A stretch of DNA of 64,000 nucleotides, from NCBI GenBank assembly GCA_963674945.2, contig CAXXWQ010000004.1, positions 1,216,001-1,280,000 on the forward strand, given 5' to 3'. The notes under the pieces are model-generated. The model did no database searches. It saw nothing but the letters and a program-made list of their open reading frames with translations, and was not told the DNA's origin. The translations under genes and the position numbers were made by a program. How positions within the stretch are numbered: the stretch's first letter is position 1; the number at the start of each line of letters is the position of its first letter. This stretch comes from an uncultured Desulfosarcina sp. Its GTDB lineage: Bacteria > Desulfobacterota > Desulfobacteria > Desulfobacterales > Desulfosarcinaceae. Shown here in pieces: positions 40,280 to 50,952 of this stretch.

Positions 40280-42016
40280 ATGCGCTCTCTTGATTTAATA
40301 AAATATTATTTTACGGCGAACCGTCATCGGATTCTGTTCGGCCTGTTCTGCCTGATCGTGGTGGACCTGCTCCAGCTGTTCATTCCCCGTGTGATCAAGT
40401 GGGCCGTGGACGACCTCACCCTCTTGCGGGTAAGCCGAAACGGCCTGGTCACCTATGCCCTCATCATCCTGGCCCTGGGCATCAGCATCGGTTTCTTCCG
40501 TTTTTTCTGGCGACGATGCCTTTTGGGGACGGCCCGCAGAACCGAAGAGGATCTTAGAAACCGTCTCTTCAACCACGTTCAACGCCTCTCTCCCGCCTAT
40601 TTCGACCGGGTGCGGACCGGCGACCTCATGGCGCTTGCCACCAACGATATCCAACAGGTGCGCATGGCCGCCGGAATGGGTCTGGTGGCACTCAACGATG
40701 CGCTGTTTCTGGGAACGGCCGCCATCGGGTTCATGGTCTACATCAACTTGTCCCTGACGCTCTATGCGCTGATCCCCATGCCCCTGATCGTTATCAGTTC
40801 CCGGTATTTGGGTCGCCATATGCATCGATCCTACAGACGCGTGCAGGCCTCTTTCGGCGAACTCACCGAGGCGGTCCGCGAGCGTTTTGCCGGTATCCGC
40901 GTCATTTTGGCCTATAACGCCCAAGCCGCCGAGACCGGACGCGTCCGGACATTCTCCCAATCCTACGTGGACGAGAACATTCAACTGGTAAAGATCACCG
41001 GCGTCTTCTTTCCCCTCATGGTCCTGCTGACCAACATCAGCCTGGCCATCGTCCTTTTTTACGGCGGACGGCAGACCATTTACACACGCATCACCACCGG
41101 CGATTTCGTGGCCTTCATCAGCTATCTGGGAATTCTCACGTGGCCGATGATGGCCCTGGGGTGGGTCATCAACCTGATCCAGCGGGGCCGTGCATCCCTG
41201 GACCGGCTGAACGATATCCTTTCCACCGAACCGGACCTGGTCGAGACGGAAAACCCACATGCCATGACCGGTTTTCGGACTGCACTTTCGGCAAAGGGGG
41301 TCGGCTTCTCATACGAGGGTGACCGGGGCCAGGTTCTCCACGAAATCGATCTTGCCATTTCCAAAGGAGAGACCATGGGAATCGTCGGGCCGCCGGGATC
41401 GGGAAAGACAACATTGCTGGAACTTCTCCTTCGTCTCTACGACGTGAGTACCGGTGCGATTACCATCGATGGCAAAAATATCCGCGATCTGAAAATCGCC
41501 GACCTGCGGGCAATGATGGCCATGGCGCCCCAGGAGCCTTTTCTGTTCGCCGGAACGATCCGGGAAAACATCACCTTAGGGAGTTCATCGGTGCCCCAGA
41601 CGAAACTGGAGCGGGCGGTACATCTGGCGGCACTGGACGCCACCATCTCCCAACTGCCGAAAGGCTTTGAGACCATCGTCGGCGAAAAGGGCGTCATTTT
41701 ATCCGGCGGACAAAAACAACGGGTGGCCCTGGCACGGCTCTTTTTGAGTGATGCCCCCATCCTGATTCTCGACGACCCGGTGAGTCAGGTGGATACGCGT
41801 ACGGCCGGCGCCATCGTCGGAAACCTCTATGGATTGGCCGGTGAAAAGACCCTGATCATCGCCTCCCATCGCATGTCCGCCGTGAGACATGCGAATCAGA
41901 TCCTGGTCATGGAAAACGGCCGGATCGGCGCAGCGGGAAACCACGAGACCTTGATGGCCGAAAACCCCTACTATTGCCGGACTTATCAGCTCCAGGAACT
42001 GGAAAATGCGATTTGA
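40280..42016 (+). CDS. Heterodimeric ABC exporter subunit (MdlA/YheI-like; degenerate Walker B)
   Basis: TMD plus GPPGSGKT, LSGGQKQR, ILILDD. Confidence 0.92.
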   Translation: MRSLDLIKYYFTANRHRILFGLFCLIVVDLLQLFIPRVIKWAVDDLTLLRVSRNGLVTYALIILALGISIGFFRFFWRRCLLGTARRTEEDLRNRLFNHVQRLSPAYFDRVRTGDLMALATNDIQQVRMAAGMGLVALNDALFLGTAAIGFMVYINLSLTLYALIPMPLIVISSRYLGRHMHRSYRRVQASFGELTEAVRERFAGIRVILAYNAQAAETGRVRTFSQSYVDENIQLVKITGVFFPLMVLLTNISLAIVLFYGGRQTIYTRITTGDFVAFISYLGILTWPMMALGWVINLIQRGRASLDRLNDILSTEPDLVETENPHAMTGFRTALSAKGVGFSYEGDRGQVLHEIDLAISKGETMGIVGPPGSGKTTLLELLLRLYDVSTGAITIDGKNIRDLKIADLRAMMAMAPQEPFLFAGTIRENITLGSSSVPQTKLERAVHLAALDATISQLPKGFETIVGEKGVILSGGQKQRVALARLFLSDAPILILDDPVSQVDTRTAGAIVGNLYGLAGEKTLIIASHRMSAVRHANQILVMENGRIGAAGNHETLMAENPYYCRTYQLQELENAI

Positions 42017-43976
42017 TTACGGATACGATGAGGAACAGCGGCTTGGCAAAGCCTATGATTGGGGACTGTTTCGCCGTATCCTTCCCTATGCCGCCCCCCA
42101 TCGTTTCAAACTGGCGTTGTCCATGATGCTGGTGGTGGCGCTCACCCTGCTGGAGTTATCGGTACCGCTCATCACCAAGGAGATCATCGACCGGTACATT
42201 CTGCCTACAGGGCGAATCGGCGAAAGTGCGGACAAAGCGGGGGGACAGGTACTGCTGGTAGACCCGGAAGACCCGGATGCGGCGGCGGTCATTGCCCGAT
42301 ACCCGCGATGGTTCCGCATTCATCCGGACCATGCCGAAATCCGTCTCGAGGACATGGCGAAGCTGGACCGGTCCAGCCTCGGCCGTTTGCGGCAAAAGGA
42401 CCTGGCCGGTCTTGGCCTCACATCCGCCCTTTTTCTGGGCGTGATCATCGCCATTTTCGTATTCACTTTCTTACAACGGATGGTGATGGAAATCGCCGGC
42501 AACCTGATCATGCACGACCTGCGTATGGGATTGTACGGCCACATCCAGAATATGCCCCTTCGCTTTTTCACCAAAAACCCCGTTGCCCGCCTGGTGACCC
42601 GGGTCACGAACGATATCCAGAACATGCACGAATTGTTCACCTCGTTTTTTTCCATGCTCTTCAAGGATATTTTCCTGCTCATCGGCATCGCCGTCATCCT
42701 TTTGGTAATGGAATGGCGCCTGGCCCTCTTGACTTTTCTGGTACTGCCCCTGGTTGTGTCCGTTACCATCGTTTTCTCCCGGCGGGTCCGAGACGTCTTT
42801 CGTCTCCTGCGCATTCAAGTCGCCGAGATCAATACCCGTTTTTCGGAAACCATCGGCGGGATCAAGGTGATCCAGGCCTTTTCCCGGCAGCGGCAAAACG
42901 AAGAGACCTTCAAAGGCCTCAACCATGAAAATTATCTGGCGGGAATGCGTCAGATCAACCTGTATGCCGTCTTCATGCCCGTCGTCGAGATGCTGGGCGT
43001 CACCGCCACGGCAATCGTTATTTGGGTCGGCGGCTGGAACGTCCTGGACCAGTTGATGAGTATCGGTGTCCTGGCCGCTTTTCTGGCCTACATGCGCATG
43101 TTCTTCCGGCCGATCCGGGACATGGCGGAAAAGTACAATATCCTCCAAAATGCCATGTCATCGGCCGAGCGAATCTTCCTTCTCATGGATACATCCGGCG
43201 CCCCCAAACCGGAGACGTCGGCAATGGACAGTGTCGGACCGTTGAAGGAAATCCGATTCCACGACGTATCGCTTGCCTACAACGAGGGTGAGCCTGTTTT
43301 ACGGAACATCGATCTTGCCATCAATAGCGGTGAAACCATCGCCATCGTCGGTGCCACCGGCTCGGGCAAGACCAGTCTGGTCAACCTGATGGTCCGTTTC
43401 TACGACTCCACCGAAGGGCGGTTGACCGTAAACGGCATGGACATCACCCGAATACCGCCGGCAATCGTAAGAAGCCGGATCGCCCTTGTCATGCAGGACC
43501 CGTTTCTCTTTTCCGGTACGCTGGCATCCAACATCTTTTTTTCCGCAAACGGCCTTGGCGACCGGGAGCGGCAGCGTATCCTGGCCGCATCCTGCTGCCA
43601 GGAACTGGTGGACCGACTTCCCGACGGATTGGAGACCCGCATCGGCGAGGCGGGCGCCACCCTCTCCAGTGGTGAGCGCCAACTGGTTTCCGTGGCAAGG
43701 GCCTTTTCCACCGATCCCGAGCTGATCATCCTCGACGAAGCCACCTCCTATGTGGACTCGGCCACCGAGATGCATCTGCAAAAGGCCATCGGCAACCTCA
43801 CCCAGGGGCGCACCTGCATCGTCGTGGCCCATCGCCTCACCACCGCACGAAGTGCCGATCGCATCGTCGTGCTCAACAACGGGATCATCGTCGAGTCCGG
43901 AAACCATGAAACGTTAATGGATGCCGGCGGGTACTATCACCGGCTATACCAGCTCCAGGCCGTCTCGCCGCCATAG
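42006..43976 (+). CDS. Heterodimeric ABC exporter subunit (MdlB/YheH-like)
   Basis: TMD plus GATGSGKT, LSSGERQ, IILDEATS, AHRL. Confidence 0.92.
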   Translation: MRFDYGYDEEQRLGKAYDWGLFRRILPYAAPHRFKLALSMMLVVALTLLELSVPLITKEIIDRYILPTGRIGESADKAGGQVLLVDPEDPDAAAVIARYPRWFRIHPDHAEIRLEDMAKLDRSSLGRLRQKDLAGLGLTSALFLGVIIAIFVFTFLQRMVMEIAGNLIMHDLRMGLYGHIQNMPLRFFTKNPVARLVTRVTNDIQNMHELFTSFFSMLFKDIFLLIGIAVILLVMEWRLALLTFLVLPLVVSVTIVFSRRVRDVFRLLRIQVAEINTRFSETIGGIKVIQAFSRQRQNEETFKGLNHENYLAGMRQINLYAVFMPVVEMLGVTATAIVIWVGGWNVLDQLMSIGVLAAFLAYMRMFFRPIRDMAEKYNILQNAMSSAERIFLLMDTSGAPKPETSAMDSVGPLKEIRFHDVSLAYNEGEPVLRNIDLAINSGETIAIVGATGSGKTSLVNLMVRFYDSTEGRLTVNGMDITRIPPAIVRSRIALVMQDPFLFSGTLASNIFFSANGLGDRERQRILAASCCQELVDRLPDGLETRIGEAGATLSSGERQLVSVARAFSTDPELIILDEATSYVDSATEMHLQKAIGNLTQGRTCIVVAHRLTTARSADRIVVLNNGIIVESGNHETLMDAGGYYHRLYQLQAVSPP

Positions 43977-44281
43977 ACACTACCTGAACAGCCGTTTCCG
44001 CAGCCACAGTCAGGAGGTTGAATTTATTTCTACTTTTTCAAAATGTTATATTTTCTTACGGACCTCTTCCACCTTATACATAACGCTTGCCAAAAATAAT
44101 TTGACATGATACGTAATCGGGGTTTTTTAAGGTCTTTTTCGATTCTTTTTAAAAATTCGATCATTTCAATCTGACCACAATGCAAACCCATTCTAAGGAT
44201 CGACCGGCCATCGTCTTGCATCCAGATGATGGGAGATCCGGTTTCCCAGGTTAATCCCTAACATTAAAGGAGGATTGGTAT

Positions 44282-46045
44282 ATGGCTTATGATGCGGTAA
44301 ATATGGCGGACTGGCAAATTTCCGAAGCAGCCGAAGAGAACATGCCGACGCCGGAACAATGGCAGGAGAAGCTGGGGCTCCGAAAAGAAGAAATGCTTCC
44401 CATGGGGCGTCTGGCCAAAATCGACTTTCTGAAAGTCATCGACAGACTGAAAGACAAACCCGACGGAAAGTACATCGAAGTCACCGCCATCACACCGACT
44501 CCCTTGGGTGAAGGCAAGAGCACCACCTCCGTTGGTTTGATGGAAGGCCTTGGCATGCGTGGCAAGAACGTCGGCGGTGCCCTGCGACAGCCCTCCGGCG
44601 GCCCCACCATGAACGTCAAGGGAACGGCGGCCGGTGGCGGCAACTCACTGCTCATTCCCATGACCGAGTTCTCCCTCGGACTCACCGGTGACATCAACGA
44701 CATCATGAACGCCCACAACCTGGGCATGGTCGCCATGACTGCACGTATGCAGCACGAGCGCAACTACAACGACGAGCAGCTGGCCCGCCTGACCAAGATG
44801 CGCCGCCTGGACATCGATCCCACCCGCGTGGAGATGGGCTGGATTATCGACTTCTGCGCCCAGGCCCTTCGCAACATCATCATCGGAATGGGCGGCCGCT
44901 ACGACGGCTACACCATGCAGAGCAAGTTCGGCATCGCCGTCGGCAGTGAGCTCATGGCCATCCTAGCCGTGGCCACCGACCTGGCCGACCTGAAAGAGCG
45001 CATCAACAACATCACCGTGGCCTTCGACAAGAGCGGCAAGCCGGTCACCTGCCGTGACCTGGAAGTGGGCAACGCCATGGCCGCCTTCATGCGCAATACC
45101 ATCAACCCGACCCTCATGTGCACCGCAGAGTATCAGCCATGCTTCGTGCACGCCGGCCCGTTCGCCAACATCGCCGTTGGCCAGAGTTCCATCATCGCCG
45201 ACCGCGTCGGCCTGAAGCTCTTCGACTACCACGTCACCGAGTCCGGCTTCGCCGCAGACATCGGCTTCGAGAAGTTCTGGAACGTGAAGTGCCGCTTCTC
45301 CGGTCTCAAACCCCACGTCTCCGTCCTGACCGCTACCATCCGCGCCCTGAAGATGCACGGCGGCGGACCCAAGGTGGTCGCAGGTAAAGACCTGGCACCC
45401 GAATACAAAGAGGAAAATCTCGCGCTGGTGGAAAAGGGCTGCGAGAACATGGTCCACATGATCGGCGTCATCCGCAAGGCCGGCATCAACCCCGTGGTCT
45501 GCGTCAACCGCTTCTACACGGACACCGACGCGGAAGTTGCCCTGGTAAAGAAGGCAGCCGAGGCAGCCGGCGCCCGCTGCGCGGAGTCCAAGCACTGGGA
45601 AAAGGGCGGCGAAGGCGCCCTGGAGTTCGCCGACGCCGTCATCGACGCCTGCGAAGCTGGCAACGACTTCGATTTCCTCTATCCGCTGGAGATGAAACTG
45701 CGCGACCGCGTCGACAAGATCGCCAAGGAAGTCTACGGCGCCGACGGCGTGGACTGGGCTCCGGAGGCCAATGCCAAGGCCGAAATGCTGGAGAACGATC
45801 CCAAGTACGCCGATTTCGCCACCATGATGGTCAAGACCCATCTCTCCCTCTCCCACGACCCGGTCAAGAAGGGCGTGCCCAAGGGATGGCGGCTGCCCAT
45901 CCGCGATGTGCTGATCTACTCCGGCGCCAAGTTCCTCTGTCCCTGCGCCGGTACCATCAGCCTGATGCCGGGCACCAGTTCCAACCCGGCGTTCCGCCGC
46001 ATCGACGTGGATCCGGCAACCGGAAAGGTGAGCGGCTTGTTCTAA
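44282..46045 (+). CDS. fhs: Formate--tetrahydrofolate ligase
   Basis: [66 protein letters not shown]. Confidence 0.98.
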   Translation: MAYDAVNMADWQISEAAEENMPTPEQWQEKLGLRKEEMLPMGRLAKIDFLKVIDRLKDKPDGKYIEVTAITPTPLGEGKSTTSVGLMEGLGMRGKNVGGALRQPSGGPTMNVKGTAAGGGNSLLIPMTEFSLGLTGDINDIMNAHNLGMVAMTARMQHERNYNDEQLARLTKMRRLDIDPTRVEMGWIIDFCAQALRNIIIGMGGRYDGYTMQSKFGIAVGSELMAILAVATDLADLKERINNITVAFDKSGKPVTCRDLEVGNAMAAFMRNTINPTLMCTAEYQPCFVHAGPFANIAVGQSSIIADRVGLKLFDYHVTESGFAADIGFEKFWNVKCRFSGLKPHVSVLTATIRALKMHGGGPKVVAGKDLAPEYKEENLALVEKGCENMVHMIGVIRKAGINPVVCVNRFYTDTDAEVALVKKAAEAAGARCAESKHWEKGGEGALEFADAVIDACEAGNDFDFLYPLEMKLRDRVDKIAKEVYGADGVDWAPEANAKAEMLENDPKYADFATMMVKTHLSLSHDPVKKGVPKGWRLPIRDVLIYSGAKFLCPCAGTISLMPGTSSNPAFRRIDVDPATGKVSGLF

Positions 46046-46068
46046 CCCCCACATCATTTCGATACCCT

Positions 46069-46099
46069 CGGCCCGGGCGCTTTGCCCGGGCCTTTTTTT
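46069..46099 (+). terminator. Intrinsic terminator of fhs
   Basis: GGCCCGGGC-GCTTT-GCCCGGGCC followed by T7. Confidence 0.85.
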
Positions 46100-46110
46100 G
46101 TTGCAAGCCA

Positions 46111-46140
46111 TTGACAAAAATAGAAAAACAAACATACTAT
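46111..46140 (+). promoter_or_regulatory. Sigma70-like promoter of the fliN fusion-coaE unit
   Basis: TTGACA-N18-TACTAT. Confidence 0.5.
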
Positions 46141-46175
46141 GATCGAGTTTCACACCCAAAACGGCCGGGAAGACG

Positions 46176-47543
46176 ATGGAACGAATCTCTGAGGACACCA
46201 TACGAAAGACCGTCGTGTCCACCCTCATTGAAACCTTCGACGCCATGATGTCCATGGATGTGAAGGCCGTTGAAACGGACGTCCTGGAGGAACTCAGCGA
46301 CGACAGGATGGTCGGTTCCATCCACTTTGGCGGCGAGGTGGTGGGGGTAATGAGCATCCATCTTTCCAACGCGTTCGCCCGAACCGTCACCGCCGCCATG
46401 CTGGGCGTCGAAGCCGATGAAATCAAAAGCATCGATGAAATAAAGGATGTAATCGGAGAACTGGCCAACATCGTGGCCGGTAACCTCAAAACCGAATTTC
46501 TCAATTCCGACCTCACCTGCATCGTTTCTACGCCCTCCATCACATCGGGAAGCGATTTCAAAATCGACCCGGTGGACATTGCCACACCAATCCCGTTCAA
46601 CTTCAAACAGGACGAAAATCCCATACAGATCGAATTGTGTGTGAAGGAGGAGATCGGGGCCAAACAGGACATCATGAGCGATCTTTCCAGTGCGGTTATC
46701 ATGGAACGGATCGCCGGCGTAGACATTAAAAATGCCATCGTCAATTCGGTCATCGATGTCTTCTTCACCATGCTGGACATGGAGGTGGAAGCCATTCAAG
46801 AGGTTCCCGATTCCTTCACCGAAGAGGCGAGGACCGTCGGTTCGGTCACTTTTGCCGGCGAAGTGGACGGCATGTTCAACATTCAGGTGAACGACGACTT
46901 CGGGAAAAAGATGACCGCGGCCATGCTGGGAATGGAGGTGGAAGAGGTCGAAAGCAAAGAGGAAGTGTATGATGTCGTGCGTGAAGTGAGCAACATCATC
47001 GGCGGGAACCTCAAGTCCAACTTCGTTGACGCAGGGCTGTCTTGCGTATTGTCCACGCCTTCTATCACAAACGGCTTGGATTTCAGGGTAAGTCCCACCA
47101 ACATCATCACACCCATGCGGTTTCTCTTCTCCCATGAAAACAACGTCATCATCGTGGAAGCCGGTGTGAAACTGGAAGATCCGGCATCCAGAATCAAAGA
47201 GGATGAAGAAGACCAGGAAAACCAATCATCAGGTGCCTCATCTGCCGCTGCGGAATCAGATGAAGAATCAACGGAAGACCAGTTTAAAAACCTCGATTTA
47301 ATTATGGAGATCCCACTGAAGATGACCGTCGAACTCGGTCGAACCAAACGGCGGATCAACGACGTACTCAAGATGGGGCCCGGTTCGGTGGTGGAACTGG
47401 AACAGGTGGAGGGAGAACCCGTTGATATCCTTATTAATCAGACGTTGATCGCAAAGGGATTCGTCGTCGTGGAAAATGAGAAGTACGGCATCCGGATCAG
47501 CGAGATCGTGAGCCGGAAAGAACGATTGAAGAGCATGGGATAA
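46176..47543 (+). CDS. fliN: Fusion of two CheX-like phosphatase domains with a C-terminal FliN/SpoA domain
   Basis: Internal duplication with ExxN motifs (GELANIVAG, REVSNIIGG; STPSIT twice); FliN NLDLIMEIPLKMTVELGRTK..GEPVDILIN..YGIRI. Confidence 0.85.
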   Translation: MERISEDTIRKTVVSTLIETFDAMMSMDVKAVETDVLEELSDDRMVGSIHFGGEVVGVMSIHLSNAFARTVTAAMLGVEADEIKSIDEIKDVIGELANIVAGNLKTEFLNSDLTCIVSTPSITSGSDFKIDPVDIATPIPFNFKQDENPIQIELCVKEEIGAKQDIMSDLSSAVIMERIAGVDIKNAIVNSVIDVFFTMLDMEVEAIQEVPDSFTEEARTVGSVTFAGEVDGMFNIQVNDDFGKKMTAAMLGMEVEEVESKEEVYDVVREVSNIIGGNLKSNFVDAGLSCVLSTPSITNGLDFRVSPTNIITPMRFLFSHENNVIIVEAGVKLEDPASRIKEDEEDQENQSSGASSAAAESDEESTEDQFKNLDLIMEIPLKMTVELGRTKRRINDVLKMGPGSVVELEQVEGEPVDILINQTLIAKGFVVVENEKYGIRISEIVSRKERLKSMG

Positions 47544-47547
47544 AACC

Positions 47548-48165
47548 ATGATCGTCGTCGGACTCACGGGCGGTATCGCCAGCGGCAAATCAACCGTTTC
47601 CCGATTTCTTTCAGATGCAGGCGCCCTTATTATCGATGCGGATCAGATTGCCCGAAAGGTCGTGGAAAAGGGAGCCCCTGCGTATTTCGACATCGTGGAC
47701 CATTTCGGCGAAGAGATCCTTCTTACCAACGGCACCATCGACCGAAAACGATTGGGAGATCTCATCTTCAACGACGCTGGAAAGAAGGCCCTGCTGAACA
47801 CCATCGTTCACCCCCGAGTAAACGAACGGACCGAGCAGATGCTGTCCCACTTCGCCCGAAAGTCGCCCGGTGCCGTAATCGTCCTGGACATCCCACTGCT
47901 TTTCGAAGCGGGAAGGGAGAAGGGGCTGGCCGAGACCATCGTCGTGTACGTTCCGGAGGCCGTTCAACTGGAACGGCTCATGAAACGGGACGGAATCGAT
48001 GAAAAAGCCGCCATGGCCAGGATCCGCTCCCAAATGCCCATCGAAGAAAAACGAAAGAAGGCCACGATCGTGATCGACAACGGCAAAGACGTGGAAGCAA
48101 CCCGGCACCAGGCCTTGGCCATCTATCAGGGTCTGAAAGAAAGGGCGCTGCAGACCGTCGCTTGA
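47548..48165 (+). CDS. coaE: Dephospho-CoA kinase
   Basis: VGLTGGIASGKS, IDAD, IVHP, DIPLLFE, SQMP. Confidence 0.96.
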   Translation: MIVVGLTGGIASGKSTVSRFLSDAGALIIDADQIARKVVEKGAPAYFDIVDHFGEEILLTNGTIDRKRLGDLIFNDAGKKALLNTIVHPRVNERTEQMLSHFARKSPGAVIVLDIPLLFEAGREKGLAETIVVYVPEAVQLERLMKRDGIDEKAAMARIRSQMPIEEKRKKATIVIDNGKDVEATRHQALAIYQGLKERALQTVA

Positions 48166-48212
48166 TATCAACGCAAGAACAATTTTCCGATATCGTATCC
48201 CAAGACTTTTGT

Positions 48213-48241
48213 TTGACACATTTTCTTATCTGCCTTATATT
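48213..48241 (+). promoter_or_regulatory. Sigma70-like promoter upstream of the HD-GYP gene
   Basis: TTGACA-N17-TATATT. Confidence 0.6.
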
Positions 48242-48430
48242 AGTTGCCGCTCTTTTTAAGCGTTAAGCGGATTTGTTACAGCCCCACAAACGAAACCCCA
48301 TCCAAGACATTGCGGTTTCCCCTCGCCGGCAGCAGTGATGTATCTTAGGAGGACGCCATTATTGCCAGCACCCCGTTTAGAGGTTGTAGGAAATGTACGA
48401 GATGGTTCGCGAGGAAACCACACAATCGTT

Positions 48431-49105
48431 ATGGAACAGCAAAGTACGGAAAAAAGACGGCTTACGAACCTTCATGTGAAGACCCTGAAGTGGATATCGT
48501 TGGCCTTGGGGCAGAAAGACGGTTACACCCAGGCACATGGTTATCGCGTGGCCCGCTATGCCATGCGTCTGGCCTGGCGGATGGGATTTTCCGCCCAGTC
48601 GGTTCGTCAGGTGGGGGTCGGCGGATTGTTTCATGATGCGGGAAAGCTGGCCTTGAACGATCGCATCTTCACCGGGGACCAGACGGACCTGTCAAACGAT
48701 TTGCTGCAAGAGGTACATTGTCACCCCCTTATTGGCGCGGCCCTTTTAAAACACATCGATTTTCTCGATCCCATTATCGATTTCGTGCTGTTCCACCATG
48801 AGCGGGAAGACGGTACCGGCTACCCATTTGGTCTAAAGGGGAAAGAGATCCCACCCGGAGCGAAAATCATCAGTATCGCCGATTGTTTCGATGCGGTAAT
48901 CACGGACCGCCCCTACCAAAAGGGCAAATCCATCGATTCCGCCTACGAAATCCTGCGAAAAGGATGCCACCATGATTACTGCGAGCAATACGTTGAGGTA
49001 TTTATCGAAGAAATCATGGAAAATGGCATCATCCGAGACACCGTACCCGATCCGCGAATGGTCGAGAAACTGGTTATGTCGCTTGTCGAGGAGAAAATCG
49101 GGTGA
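48431..49105 (+). CDS. Stand-alone HD-GYP domain phosphodiesterase
   Basis: KDGYTQAH, HDAGK, HHEREDGTGYP, IADCFDA..RPY. Confidence 0.88.
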   Translation: MEQQSTEKRRLTNLHVKTLKWISLALGQKDGYTQAHGYRVARYAMRLAWRMGFSAQSVRQVGVGGLFHDAGKLALNDRIFTGDQTDLSNDLLQEVHCHPLIGAALLKHIDFLDPIIDFVLFHHEREDGTGYPFGLKGKEIPPGAKIISIADCFDAVITDRPYQKGKSIDSAYEILRKGCHHDYCEQYVEVFIEEIMENGIIRDTVPDPRMVEKLVMSLVEEKIG

Positions 49106-49207
49106 TCGATCACGATCCAGAATGAAGATCTGACATCCCACCAATTCCGAACGAACCAGCGGTCCCAATCTGACCGGCCGTTACGACGTAAAACAGACGA
49201 AACGAAT

Positions 49208-50797
49208 ATGGATAGGAATTTTATAGAAGAGATTAGAAAAAGAAGGACCTTCGGCATCATCAGCCACCCGGATGCCGGAAAGACCACATTGACGGAAAAG
49301 CTTTTGATGTTCGGTGGCGCCATTCAGATGGCGGGTGCCGTCAAGGCCAAGCGGGCCGGACGCTATGCCACCAGCGACTGGATGTCCATCGAAAAGGAAC
49401 GCGGCATCTCCGTTACAACCTCGGTCATGAAATTCAACTTCAACGGCTTCGAAGTGAACCTTCTGGATACACCCGGTCACCAGGATTTTTCCGAAGACAC
49501 CTACAGGGTACTCACGGCCGTGGACAGCGCACTGATGGTCATCGACAGCGCCAAAGGGGTGGAACCCCAGACGGAGAAACTCATGGAGGTGTGTCGGATG
49601 CGTAACACCCCCATCATGACCTTCATCAACAAGCTGGACCGGGACGGGCTTCCGCCGTTGGACATCTTGTCCGATATCGAAGAAAAACTCCAGATCGAAT
49701 GTGCCCCGCTTTCCTGGCCCATCGGCATGGGAAAACGCTTTTCCGGGGTCTACAACCTTCACAAACGACAGCTTTTCCTGTTTCGCGCCGGAGGTCAGAC
49801 GCGCCATCAGGAGGGCATATTGATCACCGACCTGGCAGATACCCGACTCGACGATCTGTTGGGAAGCCAGGCCCAAGATCTGCGCGACGATGTGGCGCTC
49901 CTGGAGGGTGCCGCCAATCCATTCGAGCTTGACCAGTACCTGAAAGGCAGTCAGACACCGGTATTTTTCGGTAGTGCCATCAACAACTTCGGCGTACGTG
50001 AACTGCTGGACGCCTTCGTGGAAATGGCGCCATGCCCCCAGACGCGCCCCACCACCTCCCGTCAGGTATCGCCGGACGAAGAAACCTTTTCCGGCTTCGC
50101 ATTTAAGATTCAAGCCAACATGGACCCTGCCCATCGGGACCGGATCGCTTTCGTGCGCATCTGCTCGGGCAAGTTCACGCGGGGGATGAAAGTCCACCAG
50201 ACGCGGCTGGGAAAACCGGTAACCCTGTCCAACGCCACCATTTTCATGGCCCAGGACCGCACCAATGTGGACGAGGCCTTTCCCGGAGACATCATCGGCA
50301 TCCATAACCATGGAACCATCAGCATCGGCGACTCTTTCTACGAGAAAGAACCCCTTCGATTCACTGGAATTCCCAACTTTGCGCCGGACCACTTTCGACG
50401 TGTTCAGTTGAAAAATCCCCTCAAAGCCAAACAACTCCTCAAGGGTCTCACCCAATTGGCCGAAGAGGGAGCGGTCCAGTTTTTCAGGCCATTGGTGGGA
50501 AACAACTATATCCTGGGTGCGGTGGGAATTCTCCAGTTCGACGTGACCATGGCCCGGTTGAAGGCAGAATACGGCGTCGATGCCGAATATGAAACGGTGG
50601 AGTTTGCCGCCGCCCGTTGGGTAACCAGTGACGACAAGAAGCAGCTGGCGGCCTTCGAAAAGGAAAAACAGGCGAGCCTGGCCACCGATTACCAGGACAA
50701 CCGGGTCTTTCTGGCGAGAAGTCTATGGCGTCTGGAAAATGCCATGGAGGAGTGGCCGGCCATATCCTTTCATAAAACACGGGAGTTGGCCCTATGA
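49208..50797 (+). CDS. prfC: Peptide chain release factor 3
   Basis: [44 protein letters not shown]. Confidence 0.98.
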   Translation: MDRNFIEEIRKRRTFGIISHPDAGKTTLTEKLLMFGGAIQMAGAVKAKRAGRYATSDWMSIEKERGISVTTSVMKFNFNGFEVNLLDTPGHQDFSEDTYRVLTAVDSALMVIDSAKGVEPQTEKLMEVCRMRNTPIMTFINKLDRDGLPPLDILSDIEEKLQIECAPLSWPIGMGKRFSGVYNLHKRQLFLFRAGGQTRHQEGILITDLADTRLDDLLGSQAQDLRDDVALLEGAANPFELDQYLKGSQTPVFFGSAINNFGVRELLDAFVEMAPCPQTRPTTSRQVSPDEETFSGFAFKIQANMDPAHRDRIAFVRICSGKFTRGMKVHQTRLGKPVTLSNATIFMAQDRTNVDEAFPGDIIGIHNHGTISIGDSFYEKEPLRFTGIPNFAPDHFRRVQLKNPLKAKQLLKGLTQLAEEGAVQFFRPLVGNNYILGAVGILQFDVTMARLKAEYGVDAEYETVEFAAARWVTSDDKKQLAAFEKEKQASLATDYQDNRVFLARSLWRLENAMEEWPAISFHKTRELAL

Positions 50798-50938
50798 GGA
50801 AATTTCAAAACGTCCCATTTCGACCAATGCCTACGTTGGGCTCCCATTTCAATCCTCGGAATACTACGGGTATGCCTGCGGTTGAAATGATCGCTCCCCT
50901 TGACCTTGGCCGAACTGAAACATTTTGAAATCACCTCA
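50795..50938. repeat. MITE-like element (family C) with 19-bp imperfect terminal inverted repeats
   Basis: TGAGGAAATTTCAAAACGT / ACATTTTGAAATCACCTCA (16/19); internal hairpin TTTCAATC..GGTTGAAA. Confidence 0.7.
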
Positions 50939-50952
50939 TTTGAATAGAAAAA

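Noticed and set aside
40280..42016. Walker B DD instead of DE as a sign of inactivation
   Set aside because: Normal degenerate site of heterodimeric ABC exporters; the partner subunit has canonical DE
44963..46795. 610-aa antisense ORF over fhs/fliN (also 24662-26152, 26294-27577, 30547-31734, 49181-50455, 59191-60363)
   Set aside because: Shadow frames of well-supported genes with strong GC3 bias; no recognisable motifs
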